A stretch of 64,000 nt of DNA, from positions 5,248,001-5,312,000 of the forward strand of contig CAVUSO010000001.1 of NCBI GenBank assembly GCA_963744145.1, read 5' to 3'. Below, piece by piece: positions 20,314 through 29,137 of this stretch; positions within the stretch are counted from its first letter, which is position 1, and each line of letters opens with the position of its first letter. The DNA comes from an uncultured cyanobacterium (GTDB lineage: Bacteria; Cyanobacteriota; Cyanobacteriia; Cyanobacteriales; CAWUOF01). The position numbers were made by a program, and so were the translations under genes. The notes under the pieces were generated by a model. That model did not search any database, was not told the DNA's origin, and saw only the letters and a program-made list of their open reading frames with translations.

Positions 20314-20328
20314 AGTTTATACTTGATT

Positions 20329-21501
20329 TTAAAACATATCGGCTGGATCAGCAGATTGCAGTCTGCGAATAGCGATCGCTCCGGAAATAACACACATTAA
20401 AAAGGTCAATACTAACACTGTCAATGCTCGTGCTACTGTCATTGCGATCGGTAAAGCTGTGGCTTTTGCTGCTAATTGATAAAGCATCATCGGTAGAATT
20501 GAGCCAGGAATAAAACCCAAAGATGCGAGAATAATAGTTTCTTCAAATACTACCCCCATTAAGTAACTATTCCGATAGCCCATCGCTTTGAAAGTTGCAT
20601 ATTCTTTTAGATGAGCATTCACATCAGTAGAAAGAACTTGATAGACAATTACTATACCAACTACAAATGCCATCCCCGTACCTAAGCCAAAAATAAATCC
20701 GATTGGACTTTGTTTTTTCCAATAATCTTCTTCAAATTGAACAAATTCTTGATGGGTGAATACTTTCACATCATCGGGAAGATAAGATTTTAATCTTTTG
20801 GCAATTTCCTCGGCTTTATAGCCTGGTTCAATTTGAATTAAACCAAGACTAATGCTAACAGCTTCTCGGCGTGGAAATAAGACTAAAAAATTCTGATCGC
20901 TGGTGATTAAGTTGCCATCAGCGGCAAAAGAAGCTCCGAGTCTAAACAATCCAGAGATGGTAATTGTGCGCCTTTCTACTTCAGTATTAATCGATTTTCC
21001 TTGCTCAATTTGAGCAATAACTTTTTGATAATCTCCCCGAGAATTGCGATCAAATAAAACTGTATCAGGCAGTTTAATTAGATCTAATTTTTGATTGACT
21101 TCTGGCAAATTAAATGCAGCCTGACTTGGATCAAATCCCAACACCTGAATGTCTTTTTGCTGGTGCGTTTGGGGATTTTTCCAGGTAACTATTTGGGAGT
21201 GAAGAGCTGATGCTGATTGCACCCCCGGAATGTTCATTGCTTGATATAGTCGGCGTCGGGAAAAGGTAGATGTGAATTGCATATTCCGCCCCTGGGGACT
21301 GATTAATATTAAGTCAGCTCTTAAAGAACGACTAAGACGGGTATTACTATCATAAAGAGCATTTTGAAATCCTAGCTGCATAAACATTAGTACATCAGCA
21401 AAGGCAATTCCTGCTAAAGCTACTACTAACCGACCTTTTTCTCGACTTAGTTGCAGCCATCCGAGGGGTGTTCGTCGGAAAAATTGTTGGATAATTCCCA
21501 T
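20329..21501 (-). CDS. devC: DevC-family ABC permease
   Basis: TPLGWLQL, FADVLMFMQLGF, EYATFKAMGY, ADPADMF. Confidence 0.92.
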   Translation of the reverse strand: MGIIQQFFRRTPLGWLQLSREKGRLVVALAGIAFADVLMFMQLGFQNALYDSNTRLSRSLRADLILISPQGRNMQFTSTFSRRRLYQAMNIPGVQSASALHSQIVTWKNPQTHQQKDIQVLGFDPSQAAFNLPEVNQKLDLIKLPDTVLFDRNSRGDYQKVIAQIEQGKSINTEVERRTITISGLFRLGASFAADGNLITSDQNFLVLFPRREAVSISLGLIQIEPGYKAEEIAKRLKSYLPDDVKVFTHQEFVQFEEDYWKKQSPIGFIFGLGTGMAFVVGIVIVYQVLSTDVNAHLKEYATFKAMGYRNSYLMGVVFEETIILASLGFIPGSILPMMLYQLAAKATALPIAMTVARALTVLVLTFLMCVISGAIAIRRLQSADPADMF

Positions 21502-22709
21502 TATTGTTTGATCACTACTTTAACTTGTAGGTTAGTAAATTTGGCGGCTTTCTGACTAGATTCCTCATCTAATCCAACCCTAACTTCTACGATCCGCGAG
21601 TCAATATTGGTACTTGGATCGGTGTTGACGATCGCTTGTCGTCGGACCTGAGAACCTATTCTTTCTACTGTTCCCGCTAATTCCCCATTAATAGAATCGC
21701 TCTTTACAGATACGGACTGACCTAACTTAACTTTACTAACATCGCTTTGATAAACTTCGGCTAGTACATCCATTTGTCGCGTCTGTCCAATCTCTACAAT
21801 CCCATCATTAGATACAACTTCTCCTGCATGAGTATGTACATAAAGAATTTCACCATCTATGGGCGATCGCACATAAGCTTGTGCTAATTCGGCTTTAGCT
21901 TGATTCATCGCAGCGATCGCTCTTTTGATATCTATCCGATTTGCTTCTACATCTACAGCACGAACTTCAGCAATTTTTTCTAGGTTGGCTTTGGCTTGAT
22001 TTATTTCCGTTGGACTGGTAGACTGAAGCCGATTTAAAACTATTTGTGCCTCTTGTAAGCTTTTTTGAGTAGTTTCTAGGGTTAAGCGTTTACTATCCCG
22101 TTGAGATGCGGAAATAGCTCCTTCTTCATACAAGGATTGATAACGATTATACTCAGTCTGAGCATTCCGAAATTCCGAATCTAATCGGTCGATCGTAGCT
22201 TTCTGAGCATCGATTTCACCTTGTCTTTGTGTCTCTAAACGGGTAATCTCCGCTTTTTGATAGTCAATTTCACCTTTTTTTGCACCTGCTTGGGTAATCG
22301 CGAGTTTTGACTCAGCTACTTTTATATCTTCCTGTGCTTGTTCAAATGCTGCTTGCAAGCGATCGCGATTGTCTAAAATTGCTATTACCTCTCCTGCTTT
22401 AACCTGATCTCCCTCTTTCACGAGCAACTGATCCACTCGATTACCGTTAGTTGAGCTGGGTGCAGAAAGTTTAATGATCTCTCCGTGAGGTTCTAACTTT
22501 CCTAGTGCTGTTACGGTTTTGATTTCTGGAGGAGCCACGATTGTGGTTTCGCTAATGCTAGTCTGGGGTGTTTGTGATCTCGAGAGATTGTATGCTAAAA
22601 ATCCACTGACTGAAAGAATAGTGGCGATCGCTAGTCCTGTCCATGGGCGATCGCGCCATTTCGTCACAATCGACCCGTTCACTGTGGTATTTTGCACCAT
22701 TGGGAACAT
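21501..22709 (-). CDS. devB: DevB-family membrane fusion protein (HlyD-like)
   Basis: TALGKLEP, LLVKEGD, coiled coil, VRSPIDG, TNLQVKV. Confidence 0.9.
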   Translation of the reverse strand: MFPMVQNTTVNGSIVTKWRDRPWTGLAIATILSVSGFLAYNLSRSQTPQTSISETTIVAPPEIKTVTALGKLEPHGEIIKLSAPSSTNGNRVDQLLVKEGDQVKAGEVIAILDNRDRLQAAFEQAQEDIKVAESKLAITQAGAKKGEIDYQKAEITRLETQRQGEIDAQKATIDRLDSEFRNAQTEYNRYQSLYEEGAISASQRDSKRLTLETTQKSLQEAQIVLNRLQSTSPTEINQAKANLEKIAEVRAVDVEANRIDIKRAIAAMNQAKAELAQAYVRSPIDGEILYVHTHAGEVVSNDGIVEIGQTRQMDVLAEVYQSDVSKVKLGQSVSVKSDSINGELAGTVERIGSQVRRQAIVNTDPSTNIDSRIVEVRVGLDEESSQKAAKFTNLQVKVVIKQ

Positions 22710-22739
22710 CCTGCTTATAATTGAAGTGTTTTCTGTTAA

Positions 22740-22788
22740 ACTAAACCGATTAGTTTAACTATATTTAGACTAAACTGGTTAGTTTAGT
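22740..22788. promoter_or_regulatory. Two TetR-type palindromic operators (ACTAAAC-N6-GTTTA)
   Basis: ACTAAACCGATTAGTTTAAC at 22740-22759 and ACTAAACTGGTTAGTTTAGT at 22769-22788 between divergent devB and tetR. Confidence 0.7.
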
Positions 22789-22811
22789 TTGTCAAGAGGT
22801 ATAGTAAAAAA

Positions 22812-23426
22812 ATGAAACCAACCAAAATCGGGGCCAAAGAGCGGGAACTATCCCCAGAAAAAACTGAAGCGATCCTAACGGGAGCAATCCAAGAATTTTT
22901 GAAGAATGGCTATGCTGCGACCACAATGGACAAAATTGCCGCAGGTGCAGGTGTATCTAAAGCTACCGTCTATAATCACTTTCACGATAAAGAAGCCTTA
23001 TTTAAGGCAATTATTGAGCGAATGGCACAGAAAAAGTGTTTAGCATTGCATAATCCAGCCAACAATCAATCACTTGAGGGAGAACCTGGTGTAGTTCTAC
23101 GTTATTTTGCTAACAATATGTTGGATTCAACCATTCAAGATCCAGAATTTCTCGCATTTGTGCGACTAGTTATGGGAGAGTCAGAACGTTTTCCCGAATT
23201 AGCTCGCACATTTATTTATACTTTTGATCAGACAGGTAGGAAAGCACTGTCCCAATATCTAGCATCTTGTTCCGATCTAAGATTACCTGATCCGGATGCG
23301 GCTAGCTATATTTTTATTGGTTCCATTGTCAACTTCTTGATTCATCAGGAGATTATGCACGGTAAGGATGTAGTATTTATGGATCGCGATCGGTTTCTTA
23401 ATAGTTTAATTCACCTGATGACCTGA
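22812..23426 (+). CDS. TetR/AcrR family regulator
   Basis: GYAATTMDKIAAGAGVSKATVYNHF HTH. Confidence 0.95.
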   Translation: MKPTKIGAKERELSPEKTEAILTGAIQEFLKNGYAATTMDKIAAGAGVSKATVYNHFHDKEALFKAIIERMAQKKCLALHNPANNQSLEGEPGVVLRYFANNMLDSTIQDPEFLAFVRLVMGESERFPELARTFIYTFDQTGRKALSQYLASCSDLRLPDPDAASYIFIGSIVNFLIHQEIMHGKDVVFMDRDRFLNSLIHLMT

Positions 23427-23515
23427 ACAGGAAATGGCATTATTGAACTTCATAATATTCTGGTAAAATCCAGACAACTTTAATGCCAATTGCACGATAT
23501 AAGTTCTTTTGCTCA

Positions 23516-23689
23516 TCAAACTTTACGGTTCAAACCGCGTCTTTCTTGTAATTCTAGTTCTATATCATCCCATGTCAATAAACTAACTCCACTATTGACA
23601 ACTTTTTGACGAATTTCCCATAATTTTTTGGCTAATTCAGTTTTGGGACTAAAAGGAGGTTGGTTTTTAACTGTTATTAACGAAGTCAT
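23516..23689 (-). CDS. Small hypothetical protein (antitoxin-like)
   Basis: PKTELAKKLWEIRQK...ELQERRG pattern; upstream extension of the ORF is AT-rich and probably non-coding. Confidence 0.5.
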   Translation of the reverse strand: MTSLITVKNQPPFSPKTELAKKLWEIRQKVVNSGVSLLTWDDIELELQERRGLNRKV

Positions 23690-24067
23690 AGATTTAATTT
23701 TGTATTTAGCGAACATTTTAACAACTATTGTAATATAATAATATATTATTATCAAGTAGTTCTTTTTGTCTTCAAGCATATATCTAAATTCAAAAAATGA
23801 CAAACGTAGTCGAGATGAGTCGAAGGGTGCTAATATTATATCCGAAATATCTCACCCAAATACCCTTGATGATGCTGGTATTATGGAATTTATTAAACCG
23901 ATTCGGCGATCGCCATAATTTAATCTGGAGAAATAAATAAAAACTTTACCTTGATTTAATCCCAGTGTCATAAATTGGCACTACAGATCATATATAGATT
24001 CTCTGTAGTCAGAATTGCCAGAATTGTGATAAGATTAAAATCATCAAGTAGCAGAAAAGGATTGTAG

Positions 24068-24940
24068 ATGCTGAGAATGTTTCGATCTCCTAGAAAATTG
24101 GTTGCTGGACTGACAGTTTTAGCTAGCGTTGCGATCAGTGGTAACAGAGCTTTAGCAGCAACAGTACCGACTTTCGATCATATTGTCGTTGTCATTGAAG
24201 AAAACCACAGTTACACAGAAATTTTTAATTCTAGTAATGCTCCATACATCAATTCCTTAGCACTTCAAGGAGCTTTGTTCACAAATTCACATGGTGTGAT
24301 GCACCCAAGTCAACCTAACTACTTGGCTTTGTTTAGTGGCTCTACACAAGGTGCTACAAATGATCATTGCCCATTAACATTCATAAGTGCTAATTTGGCT
24401 ACCCAGTTAATCGGAATCAACAAAACTTTTACAGGTTATTCGGAAAGTCTTCCTAGGGCTGGTTCTACAGTTTGTTCTTCATCCGGTCATGGTGGTTACT
24501 ATCGTAAACACAACCCTTGGGTTGATTTTACTAATATCTCTTCTTCTGCAAATCAACCATTTACAAGTTTTACAAAAACACCATTTGATCAGCTACCTAC
24601 TGTTTCAATTGTTGTTCCCAACCAACAAGATGATATGCACGATGGCACAATTCAACAAGCTGACACTTGGCTGCAAAAGAATCTGGATGACTATGCAAAT
24701 TGGGCTCAGACTCACAATAGCTTGTTGATTCTTACCTTTGATGAAGATGATGAAACAATCAACAATCAGATTGCAACTATCTTTATTGGCGCTCATGTCA
24801 AACCAGGACATTATAGTGAGAGCATCAATCACTACAATGTATTGCGGACAATTGAAGCGAGCTATGGATTGGATGGGTTGAATAATGCCTCGTCAGTGAC
24901 TCCGATTACGGATGTCTGGCTCCCCCAAAAAAATGACTGA
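24068..24940 (+). CDS. Secreted acid phosphatase / phosphoesterase
   Basis: Signal peptide, EENHS, HPSQPNY, RKHNPW, DMHDG, TFDED. Confidence 0.9.
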   Translation: MLRMFRSPRKLVAGLTVLASVAISGNRALAATVPTFDHIVVVIEENHSYTEIFNSSNAPYINSLALQGALFTNSHGVMHPSQPNYLALFSGSTQGATNDHCPLTFISANLATQLIGINKTFTGYSESLPRAGSTVCSSSGHGGYYRKHNPWVDFTNISSSANQPFTSFTKTPFDQLPTVSIVVPNQQDDMHDGTIQQADTWLQKNLDDYANWAQTHNSLLILTFDEDDETINNQIATIFIGAHVKPGHYSESINHYNVLRTIEASYGLDGLNNASSVTPITDVWLPQKND

Positions 24941-25135
24941 TAGAGTTGCTGGTTTGAATGCGATCGCTACTCGGAAAACCTCTAAATATTTGGCCACACC
25001 GATTAATCATGAATCAGACGATCGAACAGGAGGTTAAATAATGTGATCATGTTGTTAGAGTAAAGTAAATAATGATATATTTTCTATTGATATCCCAGAA
25101 GTTGTTCTACTATTCATTGGCCAAAAATAACTTAT

Positions 25136-25660
25136 ATGTTTAAACTTAATCAGCCAGCTTTTTGGTTATTAGCTGGTACAGCTATGATTCTAACATCATT
25201 ATCTCTAAGCCAAGTTCAAGCTCAAAGTAGTCTGGTGAACCAAAGAGAACTTTTAGCCGCCCATAATCGTTATCGTAATGAAGTTAATGTACCGGACTTA
25301 ACTTGGTCGGATGAGGTAGCTAAATCGGCCCAGGAATGGGCTGATCATTTAGCTTCTACTAATAGTTTTGAACACAGTCAAAATTCGCATTATGGTGAAA
25401 ATCTCTGGCAAGGTACTGCGAACAGTTACAGCCAAACCCAGATGGTGAATAGTTGGGGTGATGAGAAAAAAGACTTTGTTTTTGGGACTTTCCCAGATGT
25501 TTCTAAAACAGGTAAATGGTCTGACGTGGGACATTATACCCAAGTTGTCTGGAGAAATACCACCCAAGTCGGATGTGGTTTAGCTACAGGTGGTGGAAAT
25601 GATGTTTTGGTTTGTCAGTACAATCCCCCTGGAAATTATGAAGGCGAAAAACCTTATTAA
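25136..25660 (+). CDS. CAP/SCP (PR-1-like) secreted protein
   Basis: LAAHNRYR, YGENLW, GHYTQVVW, VCQYNPPGN. Confidence 0.95.
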   Translation: MFKLNQPAFWLLAGTAMILTSLSLSQVQAQSSLVNQRELLAAHNRYRNEVNVPDLTWSDEVAKSAQEWADHLASTNSFEHSQNSHYGENLWQGTANSYSQTQMVNSWGDEKKDFVFGTFPDVSKTGKWSDVGHYTQVVWRNTTQVGCGLATGGGNDVLVCQYNPPGNYEGEKPY

Positions 25661-25688
25661 CAAGTAAAGTGGTGGGCGATCGCGAAAT

Positions 25689-25720
25689 TCCCAATGGAAA
25701 ATTTTCCATTGGGACTTTTC
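25689..25720 (+). terminator. Perfect 26-bp palindrome, probable terminator
   Basis: TCCCAATGGAAAATTTTCCATTGGGA followed by CTTTTC after the CAP gene. Confidence 0.55.
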
Positions 25721-25800
25721 ATCCGTTTGTGATAGATTCAAATCTGTCCGCGTCGGTTTATCTACTAGGCTATAATTTAGTACGAAACTCTGGTTAACTT

Positions 25801-26217
25801 ATGCCAGCTAAAGATTTATTTCACAATACAGTAAAAATAGCCCTTGAAAAAGATGGGTGGACGATCGTTAACGAGAATCTATTCATTAAAATTGATAAGA
25901 TTGAATTTTATATAGACTTAGTAGCAGATAGAATTTTAACAGCAGAGAAAGCTGATAAAAAGATAGCTGTAGAGGTAAAATCTTTTATAGGAGTATCTCT
26001 AGTAAGTGAGTTTCATACAGCGCTAGGTCAGTTCCTCAATTATCGCTCTGCTTTAAGAAAGCAACAACCAGAGCGGGTTTTATACTTGGCAGTGCCTTTT
26101 GATATTTATGATGATTTTTTTGCCAGTAGTTTTATTCAGGAAGTTATCGCAGAACATCAACTAAAACTGCTAATTTTTGAGCCAAACATAGAGGAGGTTG
26201 TTTTATGGATAAACTAA
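25801..26217 (+). CDS. xisH: XisH family protein
   Basis: MPAKDLFH..VKIALEKDGW, IAVEVKSF, FHTALGQFLNY. Confidence 0.93.
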   Translation: MPAKDLFHNTVKIALEKDGWTIVNENLFIKIDKIEFYIDLVADRILTAEKADKKIAVEVKSFIGVSLVSEFHTALGQFLNYRSALRKQQPERVLYLAVPFDIYDDFFASSFIQEVIAEHQLKLLIFEPNIEEVVLWIN

Positions 26218-26534
26218 ACTACAGCGAACTGGTGCAGAACATCATAAAAAATCATTTGGGGAATGGTTTAAATGCTAATACAGAAGTGCAATTAATATTT
26301 GATACGGAACGCGATCGCTATCAATTATTGCATATCGGTTGGCAAGATTTGCACCGAGTATTTGGTTGCATTATCTATATCGAAATCAAAAATAACAAAA
26401 TCTGGATCGAACGTGATGGCACTGAAATCGGAGTAGCTAATGAATTACTTGAAACTGGAGTACCTAAAGAAGATATAGTTTTAGCTTTTCACGCTCCTTA
26501 TAAACGGAAATATACCGAGTTTGCTGTTGGTTAG
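26205..26534 (+). CDS. xisI: XisI family protein
   Basis: MDKL, FDTERDRYQL, KIWIERDGTE, DIVLAFH.P. Confidence 0.93.
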   Translation: MDKLNYSELVQNIIKNHLGNGLNANTEVQLIFDTERDRYQLLHIGWQDLHRVFGCIIYIEIKNNKIWIERDGTEIGVANELLETGVPKEDIVLAFHAPYKRKYTEFAVG

Positions 26535-26790
26535 ATAAACATAATCTGCCAAATTCCTCTAGATATTTAGGATTATAGGAGAGGTCTTCAAGATCGCTAT
26601 CAAGACAGCCGATAAATTTTTGAGTCGCTGCGGCGAAGGATGTTTCGGCGGCTTCTAGTGCCACGGGTGTTTGCTGCTGAAGAGTACGGCTCGCTTGAAA
26701 TTCCAGAAATTCAATAAACTCAATGACTTTATTTTGTTGTTCGGGAGGAAGTTGGTGGATTTTTTGGATTGCTATTTCGAGAGTTAGCAT
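26464..26790 (-). CDS. DUF2281-like small protein
   Basis: LPPEQQNKVIEFIEFL; DLSYNPKYL; 3' end runs into xisI, possibly through a lost stop. Confidence 0.6.
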   Translation of the reverse strand: MLTLEIAIQKIHQLPPEQQNKVIEFIEFLEFQASRTLQQQTPVALEAAETSFAAATQKFIGCLDSDLEDLSYNPKYLEEFGRLCLSNQQQTRYISVYKEREKLKLYLL

Positions 26791-26798
26791 ATTGGGTG

Positions 26799-27446
26799 TT
26801 AGGTGATGGGTAGTGGGGAATGGGTAATGCTTTTGTTATACTCCCCATCCCCGAGTTCAAGGGTCAAACCGCGATAGACTTGCTCGATCGCCAAATTGAG
26901 ATTGATGCTTTTTAGTTCTATGATGTCGCCTGCTTGATAATTAATAATAATCCATTCGCCAGCATCGTTCTTGTGATACAAGTCTATTTCAATGGAAGTG
27001 GAGCTAACCAGTAAATAGTCCTTTAAGGCGGGATTATGGCGATATAGCCTAAACTTGCCGCCTCTGTCGTAAGCTTCTGTACTTTTGGATAAAACTTCAA
27101 CGATCAGACAGGGGTAGGTGAAGTAGTTGGGGGTGCTTTTGTCGCGATCGTCGCAGGTGACGCTGGCATCTGGGTAGGTATAGTTTTGAGTTCCAGCAAT
27201 GTTGATCTTGATATCAGAATTGCCGGGTATGCAGTTGCTGCCATCTAAATGAGCATCGAACAGGGCGGTAAACCGGATAGCAATGCGACCATGATTTACA
27301 CTGCCACCGCTCATAGCATAAACTTGGCCGTCGATATATTCATGCTTTTCGAGTTGCTGTTCTTCCCAAGTAAAATATTCTTCGGGGGTAAGAGGTGGGG
27401 CGTTATCTTTTGTGGTGATCATTTTTGGAGTGATAGGTAATGGCAT
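26799..27446 (-). CDS. Uma2 family (DUF820) endonuclease-like protein
   Basis: KHEYIDGQVYAMSGG, YPDASVTCD, PCLIVEVLS.STEAYDRG.KF. Confidence 0.92.
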   Translation of the reverse strand: MPLPITPKMITTKDNAPPLTPEEYFTWEEQQLEKHEYIDGQVYAMSGGSVNHGRIAIRFTALFDAHLDGSNCIPGNSDIKINIAGTQNYTYPDASVTCDDRDKSTPNYFTYPCLIVEVLSKSTEAYDRGGKFRLYRHNPALKDYLLVSSTSIEIDLYHKNDAGEWIIINYQAGDIIELKSINLNLAIEQVYRGLTLELGDGEYNKSITHSPLPIT

Positions 27447-27508
27447 AATGTCAAAATCCTTTAAGGTACAAGATATTTGGGCTGTATTGGATTTGAAGAG
27501 GTCAAGAA

Positions 27509-27724
27509 ATGCTCAAAGCCTATGAAGTCATAATTACAAATGGACAGATTCAATGGCAAGAAGAACAGCCAGATATTTATTCTGCACGAGCTATTATCAC
27601 CATTTTAGAAGAATTGCCTAAGTTTAAACGAACTACACCTCGACATTTGGTTGGCAAGATCAAGACTCTGGGTGATATTGTTAGTCCCATTGTCGATGAG
27701 GATGATTGGGAATGTCTGAAATAG
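27509..27724 (+). CDS. Putative antitoxin
   Basis: 71 aa with GKIKTLGDIVSPI...DWE tail, overlapping a PIN-toxin pseudogene. Confidence 0.65.
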   Translation: MLKAYEVIITNGQIQWQEEQPDIYSARAIITILEELPKFKRTTPRHLVGKIKTLGDIVSPIVDEDDWECLK

Positions 27725-28125
27725 TGGTTCTCCATACTCATATATGGGTGTGGTATATCAGTGAAGAGTTCCATCGTTTCCCTTCTTCATAGCTAAATCA
27801 GATTATAGATGCAGATATTGTTGGTGTTTCTGCCATTTGTTGCTATGAAATTGCCCTAGCTTATACTTGCCAAAGGCTAGAAATTGATATGCCACTTATG
27901 GATTGGTTTCAAAATGCTTTAGAACCTGCTGGCATTACATTATTACCCATTACTCCAGGCATTTCCAATCAAGCGGTAAGCTTATCTCCGATTCATAAAG
28001 ACCCCTTTGATCGCATCATTATTGCTACTGCTTTAGTGTACAATGCCCAACTTGCTAGTGTCGATCGCTGTTTTAGGGAATATCCCGAACTGATCAACCA
28101 TTTAATGCGTAATGAAGGGGGTTAA
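27712..28125 (+). pseudogene. vapC: VapC/PIN toxin pseudogene
   Basis: VVLHTHIWVW (LDTH motif with D to H), in-frame TAG near 27790, HKDPFDRIIIATA. Confidence 0.8.
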
Positions 28126-28688
28126 ATCATGTTAACGCAAGATTTAAAACTTATCTTTTGTGGTGATCATTTTTGGGTAGGAATAAAGATGGGGCTGATT
28201 CGGTTGTATGGAGCTTTTTATGCTGAGTTGTCTTGTTATAAAATTGAAAGGGAGCTTAAGACGGTGATAGGGTGCGATGATCATGGATTAAGCTTGTTGT
28301 CAGAGTGCCCCCTATTGTGGGGCGAGGTTTAAAATTCCGGCATTGTGGGTGGATGGGTAGTTTCAGAGGTGTTTTATATTGTTTCCATAAATAGTAAATT
28401 GGCAAAATCCTAGGTCAAATCAACTTATCTCGCTAAATATAGCGCCATTGCTACCTGCGGAATTCATCCTTTCGTGTATTCGTAAGGCATCTGTAGAATA
28501 AAGAGGTCGTGAAAGGCTACATTGTTTCTCTAAAGTTATACGAGTGAGGTGCGATCGCTTTCTCCCTCTCAAACTCTAACACGGTCGCGATCGCCTCTTT
28601 TCTCTTGTATTCAAGCACATTTCCTCCAGTCCCCAATCGATATTTGAATGAGGTCAGCCTCTACCCTACTAGATTAACCTTAATTATA

Positions 28689-28762
28689 TGGACACAACTG
28701 GGCTCGAACCAGCGACCTCGTCGATGTCAACGACGCGCTCTAACCAACTGAGCTATGCGTCC
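28689..28762 (-). tRNA. tRNA-Val(GAC)
   Basis: GGACGCATAGCTCAGTTGGTTAGAGCG-CGTCG-TTGACAT-CGACG-AGGTCGCTGGTTCGAGCCCAGTTGTGTCCA cloverleaf. Confidence 0.97.
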
Positions 28763-28864
28763 AGTCTGGATAATCACTATAGCATGAGGTTTTTGCAAAA
28801 TGCAAGTGGTAAGAACAATTTTTTTTGAGGTGGGCAATGAGTAGTCTAGAGCGGATAGCTGACG

Positions 28865-29080
28865 CTAATTCGGAAATGCTTTGTACCAATGGGGACATCC
28901 ACCCAAAGTATCAAAGTCCTTAAATATTCGATGTCCAGATCCATAAAAGGCAATTACTATGGTCATTACTTCAGACCCACTAAGCTGGTCGTTTGAGGGC
29001 AATTGAGGCTGTTTGTCGATCACGTCTTTCTTGTGTATTGGCAAAAATAGTCCAAATCGCAAAATATTTGGGCTTGCCAT
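28865..29080 (-). pseudogene. IS982-family transposase remnant
   Basis: LSGSEVMTIVIAFYGSGHRIFKDF...FPN resembles the IS982 N-terminus; truncated. Confidence 0.65.
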
Positions 29081-29137
29081 TAATGGTGGTATTTTTTAGA
29101 CCATCCAGAAGTGTCTATTGCATAGCCTCGTATTGAT

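Noticed and set aside
25801..26534. xisH/xisI as evidence of an excision element
   Set aside because: No recombinase or interrupted gene nearby; these pairs are commonly dispersed in cyanobacteria
25700..28762. Prophage or integrative element at tRNA-Val
   Set aside because: No integrase and no duplicated tRNA 3' end (att site) found by eye
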